In this document: piece after piece, positions 63,310 to 64,000 of the stretch | Layout of the letters: each line of letters starts with the position of its first letter | How positions within the stretch are numbered: position 1 is the first letter of the stretch | Assembly: GCA_049297395.1 (NCBI GenBank) | Contig: JBAQUG010000455.1 | Location: 16-64,015 of the forward strand | Origin: Victivallales bacterium | GTDB lineage: Bacteria > Verrucomicrobiota > Lentisphaeria > Victivallales > GWF2-50-93 | Direction: 5' to 3' | DNA: 64,000 nt | The notes under the pieces: model-generated | Told to the model about the DNA's origin: nothing | The model's database searches: none | Seen by the model: only the letters and a program-made list of their open reading frames with translations | Program-made: the position numbers and the translations under genes

Positions 63310-64000
63310 TTGATAAAAATTCATGCAATCCTATTGGTTTTATGTTTTTCAGCCCTGTCTGCTTCTGCGGACGATCTGAAAAAAATAACCATTCTCCAGA
63401 CTTCCGACATCCATTCCCGGACCGGAACCGATTCACTTCCAGGCATCCGCCAGCTTGCCTCTGCCTTGAACTATGCCAGAAACAATGCCGGCGGATCTGG
63501 AAAATGCCTCCTTGTCGACTGCGGTGACATCCTCCAGGGCTCCTTTGCAGGAAGTGCTTCCCGCGGTGCCGTCGGCCTCGGCTTCCTCAATGAGCTCAAA
63601 TACGATGTCTGGATACCGGGAAACCATGACTTTGATTTCGGGACGGCCCGGTTCCTTGATATAATGAAACAGTGTTCGCCGGCCATCGTCGCCGCCAACC
63701 TCTATTTTGATGGCAAAAGACTAGCCTGCCCATGGAAAGTAATTGAAAAGAACGGTGTCAGGATTGCCATAATAGGCATGACTTCTCCTTCCCTTGACAA
63801 GTGGCACTGGGGCAAAAACTCTTCCGGCATTTATTCCAGCCTCTTCAGCGGCCCGCTCGATGAGATAATCCCCAAGGTCATGGAATCGAAATGCGATATT
63901 ATCATCCTCGCAGTACACCAGGGCTTATTCCAGACCGACAAAAGCGAATTGAATCTGAACAGGATTGCGGAGATGTATCCGCAGATCGATCTCGTACTCG
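63310..64000 (+). CDS. secreted metallophosphoesterase / 5'-nucleotidase family protein, 3' end beyond the window
   Basis: My translation from TTG 63310: a signal-like ILLVLCFSALSASA, then ITILQTSDIHS, DCGDILQGS, GNHDFDFG and IILAVHQG, the calcineurin-like phosphoesterase motifs. Absent from the track because no stop lies within the window. Confidence 0.8.
   Translation, partial: MIKIHAILLVLCFSALSASADDLKKITILQTSDIHSRTGTDSLPGIRQLASALNYARNNAGGSGKCLLVDCGDILQGSFAGSASRGAVGLGFLNELKYDVWIPGNHDFDFGTARFLDIMKQCSPAIVAANLYFDGKRLACPWKVIEKNGVRIAIIGMTSPSLDKWHWGKNSSGIYSSLFSGPLDEIIPKVMESKCDIIILAVHQGLFQTDKSELNLNRIAEMYPQIDLVL

Noticed and set aside
1-64000. Search for tRNA, rRNA, tmRNA, RNase P, SRP RNA, integrases, transposases and reverse transcriptases
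   Set aside because: No conserved signatures were noticed by eye: GTTCGAATC-type T-loops, GAGGAAAGTCC, GGAAGCAGCC, DDE or YxDD motifs. Manual inspection is not exhaustive, so tRNAscan-SE and Infernal should be run.

Overview
Densely coding 64-kb chromosomal segment with about 60 supportable CDS on both strands. I saw no rRNA, tRNA, CRISPR array, integrase or transposase by eye. Most genes are housekeeping: frr (cut by the window edge), aroB, holA, prfB, waaA, thiC, rpsP-KH-trmD-rplS-rnhB, thrS-infC-rpmI-rplT, folK, fmt, an RNase E/G homologue, pyrH, cobO, a Dus and a TrmH-family methyltransferase. Lifestyle genes include GH95 and GH29 fucosidases, NamZ, UDP-xylose synthase, an O-antigen-ligase-like protein and a Bat-like locus compacted into two genes. 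The gene content (Bat fusions, pseudopilin-core/DUF1559-like proteins, a small basic protein of the PVC type, fucosidases) suggests a glycan-degrading member of the PVC superphylum; that is inference only. The clearest accessory region is a roughly 4.2-kb island at 34.6-38.7 kb. It holds a 94-aa stub carrying only the N-terminal signature of a type III Mod methylase, a DUF1016 PD-(D/E)xK nuclease and a type III Res helicase-nuclease, all translationally coupled, with no methyltransferase domain present. The DUF1016 gene carries four in-frame, regularly spaced DNA palindromes in its interdomain linker. Other points of interest: infC probably starts at a non-canonical ATA codon missed by the ORF track; an unlisted 52-aa small basic protein gene; a 3' remnant of an Rh-type ammonium transporter; a truncated ECF sigma gene; a REC-Ser/Thr kinase fusion; a KilA-N gene wedged against thiC; an AT-rich orphan islet; and several families of palindromic or short-period repeat elements sitting just 3' of stop codons. 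All functional calls rest on motif recognition by eye, since no searches were run. Start codons are often uncertain.
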